Shown in pieces: positions 13,061 to 24,235 of a DNA stretch of 64,000 nucleotides (its first letter is position 1; the number at the start of each line of letters is the position of its first letter). The position numbers were made by a program, and so were the translations under genes. Origin of the DNA: Macrostomum lignano (lineage: Eukaryota); NCBI GenBank assembly GCA_002269645.1, contig NIVC01002250.1, positions 1 to 64,000 on the forward strand, written 5' to 3'. The notes beneath the pieces were generated by a model. The model had not been told where the DNA came from. It was given only the letters and a program-made list of their open reading frames with translations, and made no database searches.

Positions 13061-13624
13061 CTCGCGCACGCAATCCTGGCATTATTCAAACCAAATTCAA
13101 GCCAGCTCGGCCTAGTCCATTATTTCTATGTTTTGTTTTTTAAAAGCGTAGGCATTTTCCTAGGATTGAAACTAATATTAATTAGAATGCTTTATTGTGT
13201 GTCTGTCGCATCACTGTTGCGCCCAGCATATGCCACTGGAGAGGCATAGAGTTTATTTATATCTCTGTCTATGCTTAGTTCAGCTGCGTGAGACTGACTG
13301 CATTATTGTATATCGCTATTTTTCATTTCCAACACGTTTATGCCATGCGGTGTGCAATTCTAATGCATCTCTCGCCCCCCCCCCCTGTCACTCAATGCAG
13401 CAAACTGCCTTATAAGACTATTTACATGTATTGCCTGTCCATCTCTCTCTCGGTTGCTTGTGATAAGCTTCTAATTTTATTAGTTTGGTTTTTTGTTTGT
13501 TTGTTGTGTCTGAAGCTGGATTCTACCTGTGCTTGTGTTTGAGCATCTTAGCTCTTATCGAATATTAGATCGTTATTTTGAAATGCAGAGATCTCATTTC
13601 CAGGGCTTGAGATCTCCCGGGGGT

Positions 13625-13882
13625 TAAGAGAAGAGAGATCCCATGAATGAGATTCTACCGAAGTAGAGAGATCTCATGGGAGAGCTTCTGCCGAAGTAGA
13701 GAGATCTCATGGGAGAGATTCTACCGAAGTAGAGAGATCTCATGGGAGAGATTCTACCGAAGTAGAGAGATCTCATGGGAGAGATTCTACCGAAGTAGAG
13801 AGATCTCATGGGAGAGATTCTGCCGAAGTAGAGAGATCTTATGGGAGAGATTCTTCCTAAGTTTTAGGGAAGATACTTATCA

Positions 13883-13917
<35 letters not shown>
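13625..13917. repeat. 33-bp minisatellite (AGAGATCTCATGGGAGAGATTCTACCGAAGTAG) followed by a short (GA)n
   Basis: About 6 copies; 11-aa repeat in the ORF track. Confidence 0.88.
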
Positions 13918-13918
<1 letters not shown>

Positions 13919-16168
13919 AGGGGTGGATATTCCAAATTGACTTCAACCCCAGAATCCACGGCTGGGTGGGATCTCTGGAGTAGACAAACTATCTTTAGAG
14001 CCTTCAAGTTCTAATTCATCGTAGTATTTTTCGGTTAGTAAAGTAATATTCGATACATATCGTCGCACGAGACATTAATTCTGTTTAATTTTCCAACCCT
14101 ATGCAAGGCTAACAGTCTATTAATTCTGCAGAGCTTTCCGTATGAAGACTTTGTCTCTTCTTTGGCATTGGTATGACATTTGAATTGGGCAAAGTCAGAT
14201 TTACGCTCAAATTGCATAAATACAAATAGTTCAATATGTCAATCGCGTGTGCTGCTTAAATTTGTCTTTACAATCGTTTGTTGCTGGGTGGTATATTATC
14301 ATTGTAATATAAATCGGTCTATTAATAATCCAGTGTTTTAATTCTGTCTGCTTCTGTGTTTTTAATGCTTTCTTATGCTGCTGGTACTTTTTTCTACCAG
14401 AGGAAAACCTATGTCTGCGGTTTTACACGAGTTAAAAAAGGTGACGCAAAAGATTTACCTGCTGATATTTTATGTTTACAATTGAGACTGTTCGAGACTT
14501 TGCACAATGACTGATGCGAATGCCTATATATTATTATCTTATAAATATATTCGCTTATTGAATATATGCTGATTGTGTATTTGTTGCCAGATTGTCGCTT
14601 GCTATGAAAATATGCTGCTTGAACTCAAGCGGCTTGTTTCATTTATTGTTTTAGCTTTACGTGAAGTGCACTACTTAATAAGTAGTAAGTAAGTAGTTGT
14701 ACGTTTCTCCTTGGCATAGATTGGCACGTGGTGCATTGAATTAAAGCCATTAACGACTGAGGCTGTCTATACTACTGACCAACTTCATCAGTAGCAAGTT
14801 GGCTAGCGGTTGTTAAGGCGTCGTTTTTTGTCCAACCACTGTGGGCCGGTCCTCTGCCCCTCCCCAACTTTGGAATTTGTACAGTGGAACCGCTGGGGTA
14901 GGGGGGTCACGCGCGCCCGAGGGGGTGTAAAGTAATAAAATTTGCTCGTGTCTCTCTTGCCTGGCTGCAGTGCAGTGTACTCAGCGTTGCCCTTGGATAC
15001 GGAGGTAAGAAGAGCAGAGATAGTCGGAAGAGGGTGGGAGTTATGCGCTCTGCTGTGCGGCCCAGGAGAGAGCAGTGGGGGGGGGAATTGCCCGGCTCCT
15101 TCGGAGCAGCATGTTTTGTAAGCAAATTCTGCTTCATCCATGGAGACCGGCCAGGGGACTCACGTCACCTGCTCTCACCCAGCCCATCCCCAGCAACCGG
15201 GAATTCCCTTCGGCCTGCCCCCTACCGCATGCTCAGGCATGGCTCCGTCTCTATGGACTATGTGGGTGATTGAAATTAAGGGAAAACTCAATAATATATG
15301 TGTTCTGTCTGGTCCCTCTGAAGTTTCTGAGGGATCACCATAGTAATATGTAATATATTTGTTCCTATAGATTCTGTTAGAAAGTTATCATTTCAACAAA
15401 AAATTTGCGCCTTTTAAATATAGGTCGATAAAGCAGACAGAATTGTATCGGCACACGCAGTTACATTACATGATAGAAAATATCAATGCATTCGAAATTG
15501 TTTTTTTCAAACAAAAGTTTTTTAACATTAGCGGGCACGTATACAGATTTATGCATATAATATACATGCCTATATATATCTCCTGGCTTTAACACTGTCT
15601 GAGCCCGAAAAATCAAATTCACAAGCCAGGTTGAAATATTTGTCCCAACGGTGCCTGTCAGCATAGCAGGTAGTAAAAATGAAGCATGCAATTAGCCAAG
15701 AACTGGACAATTTTATTAAGAAACAATATCAGAGTCAGGTTAATCCTGACAAAGATAAGCCAAGCCACGCTTATGCAGCCAGCTTAAGCGATAATCCTTT
15801 ACGTTCTGAATTACAGGTATAAAAGACAACAGGCCAGAGACAAAGCGGGAGAATGAGGGGACAGGACATTAGAGATATTTTAAACAATAATGTAATTTTG
15901 CATTCCCCTAAGCTTGTTCTGGTTGTTATTGTTTAATTACATTCAGCCATCGAATTCTGCGATCCTAATAAGCTAGACTTTTCTATCATCATAGGTAAAT
16001 TAAGTTACTCTATAAGTTATATTGAAGCATGCCAATAATTGTCATTAATAACAGTAGAATGGCGTGAATGCACGATTAACGAGCTTGGGAGGCGGGGCTG
16101 GGAAGCGGGACAGGGAGGGGAAGTCGGGGGATTCAGAAGGGCATTGGCGGGATGGCGAGGGGCGGGGC

Positions 16169-16321
16169 TCAGACAGCCTGCTGCTGCGTTGCCGCCGGCA
16201 ACTTGTCGCCGGACTTCTGGCCGCCAACAGGCAGGAAGAGCTTGAACTCGGCTGGCAGTTCGTCCTCGGTGTACAGCCGGTCGGAGAAGTACACCCGCCT
16301 GATGCGGCAGTTCGCGTGGAT
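16169..16321 (-). CDS. CFAP20: CFAP20 exon 4 (terminal); total protein 205 aa
   Basis: [32 protein letters not shown] followed by [18 protein letters not shown] and TGA. TTGCAG acceptor. Confidence 0.95.
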   Translation of the reverse strand: MHANCRIRRVYFSDRLYTEDELPAEFKLFLPVGGQKSGDKLPAATQQQAV

Positions 16322-16416
16322 CTGCAAGTTAATCACCGGCTTAGGGGAATTAACTCTCTGACTAACCGGATGTAGAGTGTTTTCAACAGGCTAAGTCTCA
16401 GATTAGAAGCTCTAAC

Positions 16417-16605
16417 CTGGATTCGTAGAGTCTCGATGTAGTTGGTGCCGTAGGCTCGCCTGGTGAAGTCTGACAGGTTGAACTGGATCTGGTTCCAGCC
16501 CTCGTCCAGCCGCATCGGCATGGTGCAGATGAACGGCTTCACCCGGGTGGTGCTCTGGTAATTGGAGGCTCGGAATCGGCGCCTGACGTTCTTGTCGTCC
16601 AGGAT
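16417..16605 (-). CDS. CFAP20: CFAP20 exon 3
   Basis: [63 protein letters not shown]. 189 nt, AG/GT bounded. Confidence 0.97.
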
Positions 16606-16705
16606 CTGTTGGCAAGTAAACAATCAGTTATTTGTTTGTTCGAATGCGCTAGGCATTTCCTGCTTAACAAAATACGCACCCGAATTCATGGATTAATTTA
16701 ATTAC

Positions 16706-16897
16706 CTGCACTTCGAAGGTGAAGTACTTCTTTAGATTTTTAATGATCATAACGAGGAACGGCAATTTGATTCCCAGAGTCTTATCCGATTCGGCTGGGC
16801 ACGTGATGTAGGTTGTGCTGACGTTGGTGCCAACAATCTCCAACACAAGCGATTGGATGTCGTTGTCTGTGATGCGCTTGATGTGGCCGTTTCTGAC
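16706..16897 (-). CDS. CFAP20: CFAP20 exon 2
   Basis: [64 protein letters not shown]. 192 nt, phase 0 to 0. Confidence 0.97.
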
Positions 16898-17494
16898 CTG
16901 CAGTGTTAGGGAAGGAATTTCAAAGGGCATGTAAGCTTATGAGCCCATTTAAATACTTTATTTTGACAAATTTTGATGCTAGGCCAGCTGACTTTAATTT
17001 TGTTAAATCTTTAAATTATCACAAAATTAAAACCTAATCTGATAGATATACTCATGATCTACTTGTATTTGTTTCAAGTTTCTCCTAATTTTGAATTGAA
17101 AAAATTAAGTTTTTTGCATTTAGTATGTCTGAACTGAACAGATTCAAAAATAGGAGAGTAACTGAAAATTCTAAGCTGTTAGCTTATGCAATATGGTCTT
17201 AAAGTTTACAACAACTTTTAGTACGATTGAAATTTTATGTTTAATGAAGCTATACAGTATTTTCATCAATGTATTGAAATTTACTATATGCAGTTCTCTA
17301 CATATAGGCTATAGCTACATGTAGTTACGTTACATCTTGACCACACCAACTAAAAAATAGAAATTAACTTGCTTCCTTTAGTTTATCATTAGTTAAAAAC
17401 ATTGTTCAATTGAAATTGGCTAAATATAAGGAAGATTGTAATGCAACTACGAGGAAACAGCATAGGATTATTAAAATGAAATATGGAAATTTAC

Positions 17495-17578
17495 CTGCTT
17501 GGTCCAAATCTGCAAAGGTTTGCTTCCAATACTATATAATACTGAAAGAAATCCGCTCTGGAAAGTATCCTTGAACAT
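17495..17578 (-). CDS. CFAP20: CFAP20/Bug22 exon 1
   Basis: [28 protein letters not shown], near-identical to the CFAP20 N-terminus. 84 nt, CAG|GTAAA donor. Confidence 0.96.
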
Positions 17579-19848
17579 TTCGATGCAGGTTTTGTCAGGA
17601 CACTGCTTCAAAAAAACTGGCTGGCTTGGGTGGACTGGACGGAGAAGTGTCGTGCGAGCGTTTTAAAGGTTTAATAAATTCAACTCTTCTTAAGAATTTA
17701 AAAGCCCGCCGTTGTAGTCAATGGTTTCGTTGGTTGCTATTCGGTACAAGAATATGCGTTGCTACATAAAGTAGTTCTAATCGAAGTATCAAAAATTTTA
17801 GCTACACTTTATAGCTTTTATCAACAAATTTGGCATTTTTATATTACATAGTAAGGTGAATTGTTGTCTTGGCGCTTTTACGCTTTAAAAATGTATATAT
17901 ATTTATTTTAATGCACTTAATTAAAACGTTAATTAATCCGGAAATCTTATATCAAGGCAAAAATGCAAAGCAAGGGATCTCCTCATGGCAAAATTTAGAA
18001 TAGAACAGCATGCTGCTTGTAAGAACCAAGAATGACGTAGTTAACTTAGTACTTTTAGTAGTGCACCTAATTCTTCCTAAATGAATTAGGCTTAGAATTA
18101 CAAACTTGGAGGTTGACTTTAACCGCTTTAAAAGTGATTTCAAAAAGGAGTACAAAAGCTGTACATAGGACGACACTCTAAAAGTGTCAGAAAGACTTAT
18201 GTAGGCTACAGTGTATTTCTCTCCTGAAAGTACAGTATATGTATTAGCGACGTCTATAGCTTTTAAGTCTCTTAACAGTTACAGTTCTTATCACTGTTCG
18301 TCCTTGGTTTTTTTTCCCAAATCGCGGCTAATTTTAAATACCAAATGATTACCTGTACATGTACTTTCCATGCACATATTGTCAATATTAAAGTTTAAAG
18401 AAGAATTAAACATAGGATTTTCAAATTACAAGACAAATTACATGTACATGTAGCCTGCCTGAAAACGCAACTCTAGAATTAGAGTTCGCTGATAGATCTC
18501 TGGCATGCACATGTACCTGTATGCAATATTTTTGTGTTTTTGTTGTTTCCAGATCAAGAGCTAGCGTTGTCACCGGGGTGCAGTGAGGGGCATGTCCACC
18601 AAGTTAAAGCTGTGGGGGGGGGGGCACGCAAATGCAGCCCCCCCTATACTTTGTGACAGTCTTAAGGTTTTAACAGCTTAATGACCAAAAACATTTAAAA
18701 CCTTGTACAGATTTATGGAATCCTGAATTTTTCTCAGGTCATCCAACAAAGGACTGCCTACGGTGCTGAAATGAGAGTCTGCGGCGTTAGCGATTGAGCC
18801 GGCGGCGCCAAAATGAGTATTAGATGCTGTTATCTCATGGTCGCTTGTGGCACCAAATTAGTACATGTACATATACTTAACAATTCACTGGTTATTGTGT
18901 CCCCCGCCATAAAACATTTAAATGGATTACATGTAACAGCGCACCTGTTCCACATACGAGCATGAATTGAGATTTTTGTTTCGAGTTTTAGATCGAAAAA
19001 GATATCGAAAAGGGGGAGAAAAGAGCTAAAATTGCTACTGCCATTCCTTGGATGTTGCGTACACAATATGTCGATTGCTAATGGACGTCACACAGGGGAG
19101 AAATGTAATAACATTTACATGTTAAGAGAAAAGCGAAGATTTCGTGTGCAGAATTTACATATATGTACTGCTGGTTTAAAAAATCTGAAAGTTTTAGAGA
19201 AGGTCATAGGCCTGAAAAACAAGGTAACACAAGAGTAAGTTGTGTGTATGTACAAGCGTACTATATACAATGCCGTAAAAAACGCAAATTGTGAAAATTT
19301 CCAAAATTTTAAAGCAAGATGTCTTCCTGCTCCCATGGCCTCAATGTTCAATGCATGCGGCTGGCTGCAGGACCCGGCCCAGTCCTGCCTCTCCGCTCAA
19401 GTACCACTGTATTATGTATACGTCTGTATATACACTGTATATGTGAGACACAGTATATATGAGACACTGTACGTATATACAGTTGTCTTTGTCTCCGCTT
19501 TCCTCCAATCGAAAACTATAGAAAAGAAATTTGTTTACCAGTATAAGTCAATGCAGTACAGCTACTTACAGTAGAGCTATTTGCGCATTTTTTTGCCAAT
19601 CGTTCAATAGTGTAAATAAATTGTTTAAAATTAAAAGTGGATTTGACAAAAATAATATGTTTTACCACTTCATAGTAAAATACAAAACTTTTTGAGTATT
19701 ACCGGTCTGTTTCTGTACGAGATTTACGGATTGTGCAGAATTAATTCAAGTTTAGTGAGCCTGATTGTAGGCGCTACGAAAACGAAGGTTTTTGACTTGT
19801 GTGTGGCCCAGTTATGTAAAAAAATTAGGCTTGATTGACGATTTCTTT

Positions 19849-20040
19849 ATCGCTTCTCGGCCTTATTGGCTAAGATCAAAGTGTAGTTTCTGTTCTTTAG
19901 AGATTAATTCCTCTAACGTAGGCCATTGGTCTACTAAGTAATTAATCCGGTTTTTGATGAGTCGGCCCAGTGCTTCGTGTTCACACGACCTGGTCCACGC
20001 GTAGGCCTTGCGCTGCAGTACAGCAAGGATCTGCGCATCT
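19849..20040 (+). ncRNA. U2: U2 spliceosomal snRNA gene (full length, divergent variant)
   Basis: Begins ATCGCTTCTCGGCCTTATTGGCTAAGATCAAAGTGTAGT. Stem IIa TTAGAG/CTCTAA, stem IIb GTAGGCC/GGTCTAC, stem IIc complement AATTAAT (19940-19946), Sm-like GGTTTTTGA, stems III and IV with a CTGCAGTA loop. The 3' end is approximate. Confidence 0.93.
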
Positions 20041-20389
20041 AATAAATTTAAAATAATTAAGGTCGGACATACAAAGCCATTCATTGAATCAAGGCCAGTA
20101 AATTTGAAGCTTTGCGGAAAGTCGTATTAAAGTTTGAAACTGCACTAGGTCAGTCAGCAAGTCATTCATACAGCTAGCTAGAGAAAGTCAGTTTCTTGCT
20201 CTCGAATTGAGTCTTAGTTATATGGATGGACAATGGCAATTGACAATGTATAGCTTGCTTTTGACCGGGAGAACCTACAATGCATGCATATAAAATCAGA
20301 CACTTTAAACTGCTATTTGATTGCATTTATAGTGAGTATAGTCCGAGAGGTATCAACACTCATGCTTGTTAAACGTCTCTTGAGAATTA

Positions 20390-21461
20390 GAGGGTGAGAC
20401 AGGGGGTGACAGGGATGAGACAGTGGGTGACAGGTGTGAAACAGTGAGTGACAGGGTGAGACAGTGGGTGACAGGTGTGAGACAGTGGGTGACAGGTGTG
20501 AGACAGTGGGTGACAGGGTGAGACAGTGAGTGTCAGGGTGAGACAGTGGGTGTCAGGGTGAGACAGTGGGTGTCAGGGTGAGACAGTGGGTGAGACAGTG
20601 GGTGACAGGGTGAGACAGTGGGTGACAGGTGTGATACAGTGAATGACAGGGAGAGACAGTGAGTGACAGGGTGAGACAGTGGGTGACAGGTGTGATACAG
20701 TGAATGACAGGGTGAGACAGTGAGTGACAGGGAGAGACAGTGAGTGACAGGGTGAGACAGTGAGTGACAGGGTGAGACAGTGAGTGTCAGGGTGAGACAG
20801 TGGGTGACAGGTGTGATACAGTGAGTGACAGGGTGAGACAGTGGGTGACAGGTGTGATACAGTGGGTGACAGGGTGAGACAGTGGGTGACAGGGATGAGA
20901 CAGTGGGTGACAGGGTGAGACAGTGGGTGACAGGGATGAGACAGTGGGTGACAGGGTGAGACAGTGGGTGATAGGGTGAGACAGTGGGTGACAGGGTGAG
21001 ACAGTGGGTGACAGGGATGAGACAGTGGGTGACAGGGTGAGACAGTGGGTGACAGGGATGAGACAGTGAGTGACAGGTGTGATACAGTGGGTGACAGGGT
21101 GAGACAGTGGGTGACAGGGATGAGACAGTGGGTGACAGGGTGAGACAGTGGGTGACAGGGTGAGACAGTGGGTGATAGGGCGAGACAGTGGGTGACAGGG
21201 TGAGACAGTGGGTGACAGGGATGAGACAGTGGGTGACAGGGTGAGACAGTGGGTGACAGGGTGAGACAGGGTGAGACAGTGGGTGACAGGGTGAGACAGT
21301 GGGTGACAGGGTGAGACAGTGGGTGACAGGGTGAGACAGTGAGTGACAGGGTGAGACAGTGGGTGACAGGGTGAGACAGTGGGTGACAGGGTGAGACAGT
21401 GGGTGACAGGATGAGACAGTGGGTGACAGGGTGAGACAGTGGGTGACAGGATGAGACAGTG
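20390..21461. repeat. 20-bp minisatellite (GGGTGACAGGGTGAGACAGT), copy 1
   Basis: Read directly; ends at the retrotransposon 5' junction. Confidence 0.95.
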
Positions 21462-23734
21462 AAACGTCACTGCGGTGTACACCGGCCCTGATCAGGCGAC
21501 TGCCGACATCCCCGTCGAGAGCGGTGTCCGGCAAGGGTGCCCGCTGTCCGGAGTGCTGTTCGCCCTCTGCATGGAGCCGCTACTGCGTGCGCCAAACCAG
21601 GCTGACGGCTACAACCTCCTGGGGCACAGCAGGCAACTCAGCCTCGCCTACGCCGACGACGCTGCGCTCTTAGCCAACAGCGGCGAGGCCCTGCAGCGCA
21701 CGGTGACAGCGATCGACCGCGCCGCAGCCTGGGCCGGCCTAGAGATCAACCCCGACAAGTGTGGCCGCCTCACCATCAACGGCGGGCCCGGGGAGGACTT
21801 CCAGCTGCGCGTACAGGCAGGCGCGATCCGGGCGCTCGCAGAGGACGAATTCTACGAGTACCTGGGCGTGCCGGCCGGCGAACGCCGCTCTGCATCCGTG
21901 GCGGCGCTGCTGGAACGCGCGCTCAACGATCTGACGGCCGTGGCGAACAGCGACCTGCTACCGTGGCAGAAGCTCGACGCCTACAACACCTTCATTGCGT
22001 CGCGCCTGCCATTCCACCTCCGCCTGCGCGACGCCGACTGGACGAAGCTCGGCAACCCAAGGCGCAAACTGCAAGGGCATCAGAGAGCGGAGCTGGGCTA
22101 CGACGAGCGCGCACGTCAAATCCTCCGCCGCATCGTCTACCTTCCGACGCAGTCCTCGACAGACTACCTCTACGCCGACAGATGCCACGGCGGCCTTGGC
22201 CTGTCCCTAGCGAAGGAGGAAGCAGCCGTCCAAAAGGTCACCGAGGCCGTCAGGCGACTCTGCTGCACAGACGCCGCGCTCAGAGAGCTAGCCTGGGCCG
22301 AACTGCGCGGCCTGGTCCAACGCCGCCTACGGCTCCGCGCTGCACCTGTCAGACCTCGCGACGTCGCCGATTTCCTCAATGGCGCAGCACTCCCACCCAG
22401 CGGAGAAACGGCCAGCTGGTGGTTCCAAGTCCGCCACGCCACCCGCGAAGTGCTCCATGCGACCGGGCTGCGCTTCACCATCAGCTACGACTGGACGGCC
22501 AGCCTGGAGTGGCGCGACCCGCTGTCCGGAAACATCCAGCGATGCGACAGAGCGGCAGCAATAACCCGGAGGCTTCACCAGGCGGTCAGGGCAGCGCACA
22601 CGGCGGCCTGGCGCGGGTGCCACTCCCAAGGCCGATTCGCCACGACCGCCACGCACATCGGCAGCCACACCTGGCTGTTCAGCAGCACCGGCATGCGCGC
22701 CTGCGACTGGCGCTTCATCCACCGAGCGCGGCTCAACCTGGTGCCCACCAACGCGCTCCGGAGACTGGCCGACCCGACATCCGACCCGCGATGCCGCCGC
22801 TGCGGAGCCGGCGTCGAGACGCTCGGCCACGTGATCAACAGCTGCCCGGTGCACGCGGCCAGGTGGAGGGACCGCCACGACGGCATCGTCAACGCCGTCG
22901 CCACCGCCATCAGCGAGGCCCGCCCAAACGCGACCATCACCACCGACCAGGAGGTCCTTCCCGGCTCTGATCTGCGACCTGACATCAGCATCATGGATCC
23001 AGACAGAGGCCGCCGTCTCCTGATCGAAGTCAAGTCGCCGTTCGAGGTCAGGCCGGCCACGTTCCCACGCAAGCACCGAGCCGTATGCCAGAAGTACGCC
23101 GGCATCACGCAGCAGCTCAGCGCAGAGGCGCCAACGGCCCTGGCCACTTTCTGCATCGGCTCGCTGGGCGCCTGGTCGCCTTTCAACAACGCCATCCTGC
23201 GCGCTGCAGGCCTGCGCGAGCGCGACATCCGGCACCTCCAACGACGACTGGCGCTGCACTGCATCCACTGGAGCCGCAACACGTGGGTGGAGCACTGCAC
23301 CGGCGCACCTCAAATCCACTGATTTTGTGCCGAACTCTGCCAAACTCTGCTCATCTCAGCCCACCCTGTTACCTTTACTTTTACCTGTTTTATTTATCTT
23401 CCACTCTGCATTTTGTTTTACTTTGTTTTTCTTTAATATTTTACTTTTTACTGTCTCGAAGTTCATGCACTCTGTAAGCATTTTTCGCTGTGATTCCGCC
23501 TCTCGCGCCCATCCCCGCCGCCACCCCGTCTCCTGCGCCTTCACTTTTTCCCACTGTTTTAATTGCATTTACTTCAATGTTTTACTGTTTTACGCATCCT
23601 GCGAACCCGTTTTTAGCTACTTTCAGTAGCATCATCGGCTCTTGGCCAAATATTTCCGCTCATATCGCATCGTTTAAATACTTAAATATATTGCCCGACC
23701 GTCGGATACTCGGCCGACGGGCAGGGCCTTTCGC
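21462..23734 (+). mobile_element. 5'-truncated RLE-type non-LTR retrotransposon of the U2-targeting Utopia (NeSL-related) type
   Basis: Uninterrupted ORF with the RT C-terminal half, CCHC knuckle, RHD and PD-(D/E)xK endonuclease, then a ~410-nt T-rich 3' UTR that joins directly to TCTGTTCTT of U2, the known Utopia target site. Confidence 0.9.
21463..23322 (+). CDS. Utopia-like ORF remnant: partial reverse transcriptase, zinc knuckle and restriction-like endonuclease
   Basis: GVRQGCPLS, LAYADD, YEYLG, CRRCGAGVETLGHVINSC, WRDRHDGIV, RPDISI...LIEVKSP. No internal stops and no N-terminus. Confidence 0.9.
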   Translation, partial: NVTAVYTGPDQATADIPVESGVRQGCPLSGVLFALCMEPLLRAPNQADGYNLLGHSRQLSLAYADDAALLANSGEALQRTVTAIDRAAAWAGLEINPDKCGRLTINGGPGEDFQLRVQAGAIRALAEDEFYEYLGVPAGERRSASVAALLERALNDLTAVANSDLLPWQKLDAYNTFIASRLPFHLRLRDADWTKLGNPRRKLQGHQRAELGYDERARQILRRIVYLPTQSSTDYLYADRCHGGLGLSLAKEEAAVQKVTEAVRRLCCTDAALRELAWAELRGLVQRRLRLRAAPVRPRDVADFLNGAALPPSGETASWWFQVRHATREVLHATGLRFTISYDWTASLEWRDPLSGNIQRCDRAAAITRRLHQAVRAAHTAAWRGCHSQGRFATTATHIGSHTWLFSSTGMRACDWRFIHRARLNLVPTNALRRLADPTSDPRCRRCGAGVETLGHVINSCPVHAARWRDRHDGIVNAVATAISEARPNATITTDQEVLPGSDLRPDISIMDPDRGRRLLIEVKSPFEVRPATFPRKHRAVCQKYAGITQQLSAEAPTALATFCIGSLGAWSPFNNAILRAAGLRERDIRHLQRRLALHCIHWSRNTWVEHCTGAPQIH

Positions 23735-23886
23735 TCTGTTCTTTAGAGATTAATTCCTCTAACGTAGGCCATTGGTCTACTAAGTAATTAATCCGGTTTT
23801 TGATGAGTCGGGCCAGTGCTTCGTGTTCACACGACCTGGTCCACGCGTAGGCCTTGCGCTGCAATACAGCAAGGATCTGCGCATCT
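23735..23886 (+). pseudogene. U2 snRNA 3' fragment lacking the first ~40 nt and promoter, immediately downstream of the retrotransposon
   Basis: Colinear with 19889-20040 (offset 3846), with two substitutions within the RNA portion. Confidence 0.9.
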
Positions 23887-24235
23887 AATAAATTTAAAAT
23901 AATGAAGGTCGGACATACAAAGCCTTTCATTGAATCAAGGCCAGTAAATTTGAAGCTTTGCGGAAAGTCGTATTAAAGTTTGAAACTGCACTAGGTCAGT
24001 CAGCTAGTCATTCATACAGCTAGCTAGAGAAAGTCAGTTTCTTGCTCTCGAATTGAGTCTTAGTTATATGGATGGACAATGGCAATTGACAATGTATAGC
24101 TTGCTTTTGACCGGGAGAACCTACAATGCATGCATATAAAATCAGACACTTTAAACTGCTATTTGATTGCATTTATAGTGAGTATAGTCCGAGAGGTATC
24201 AACACTCATGCTTGTTAAACGTCTCTTGAGAATGA

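Noticed and set aside
14803-15343. GC-richer island with short overlapping ORFs between RasGAP and CFAP20
   Set aside because: No recognisable domain, termini or TSD. It could be a TE remnant, but that cannot be supported from the sequence.
23634-23650. ATCGGCTCTTGGCC in the retroelement 3' UTR resembles the U2 5' end (11 of 14 matches)
   Set aside because: Too short, similarity does not extend further, and it is compatible with chance.
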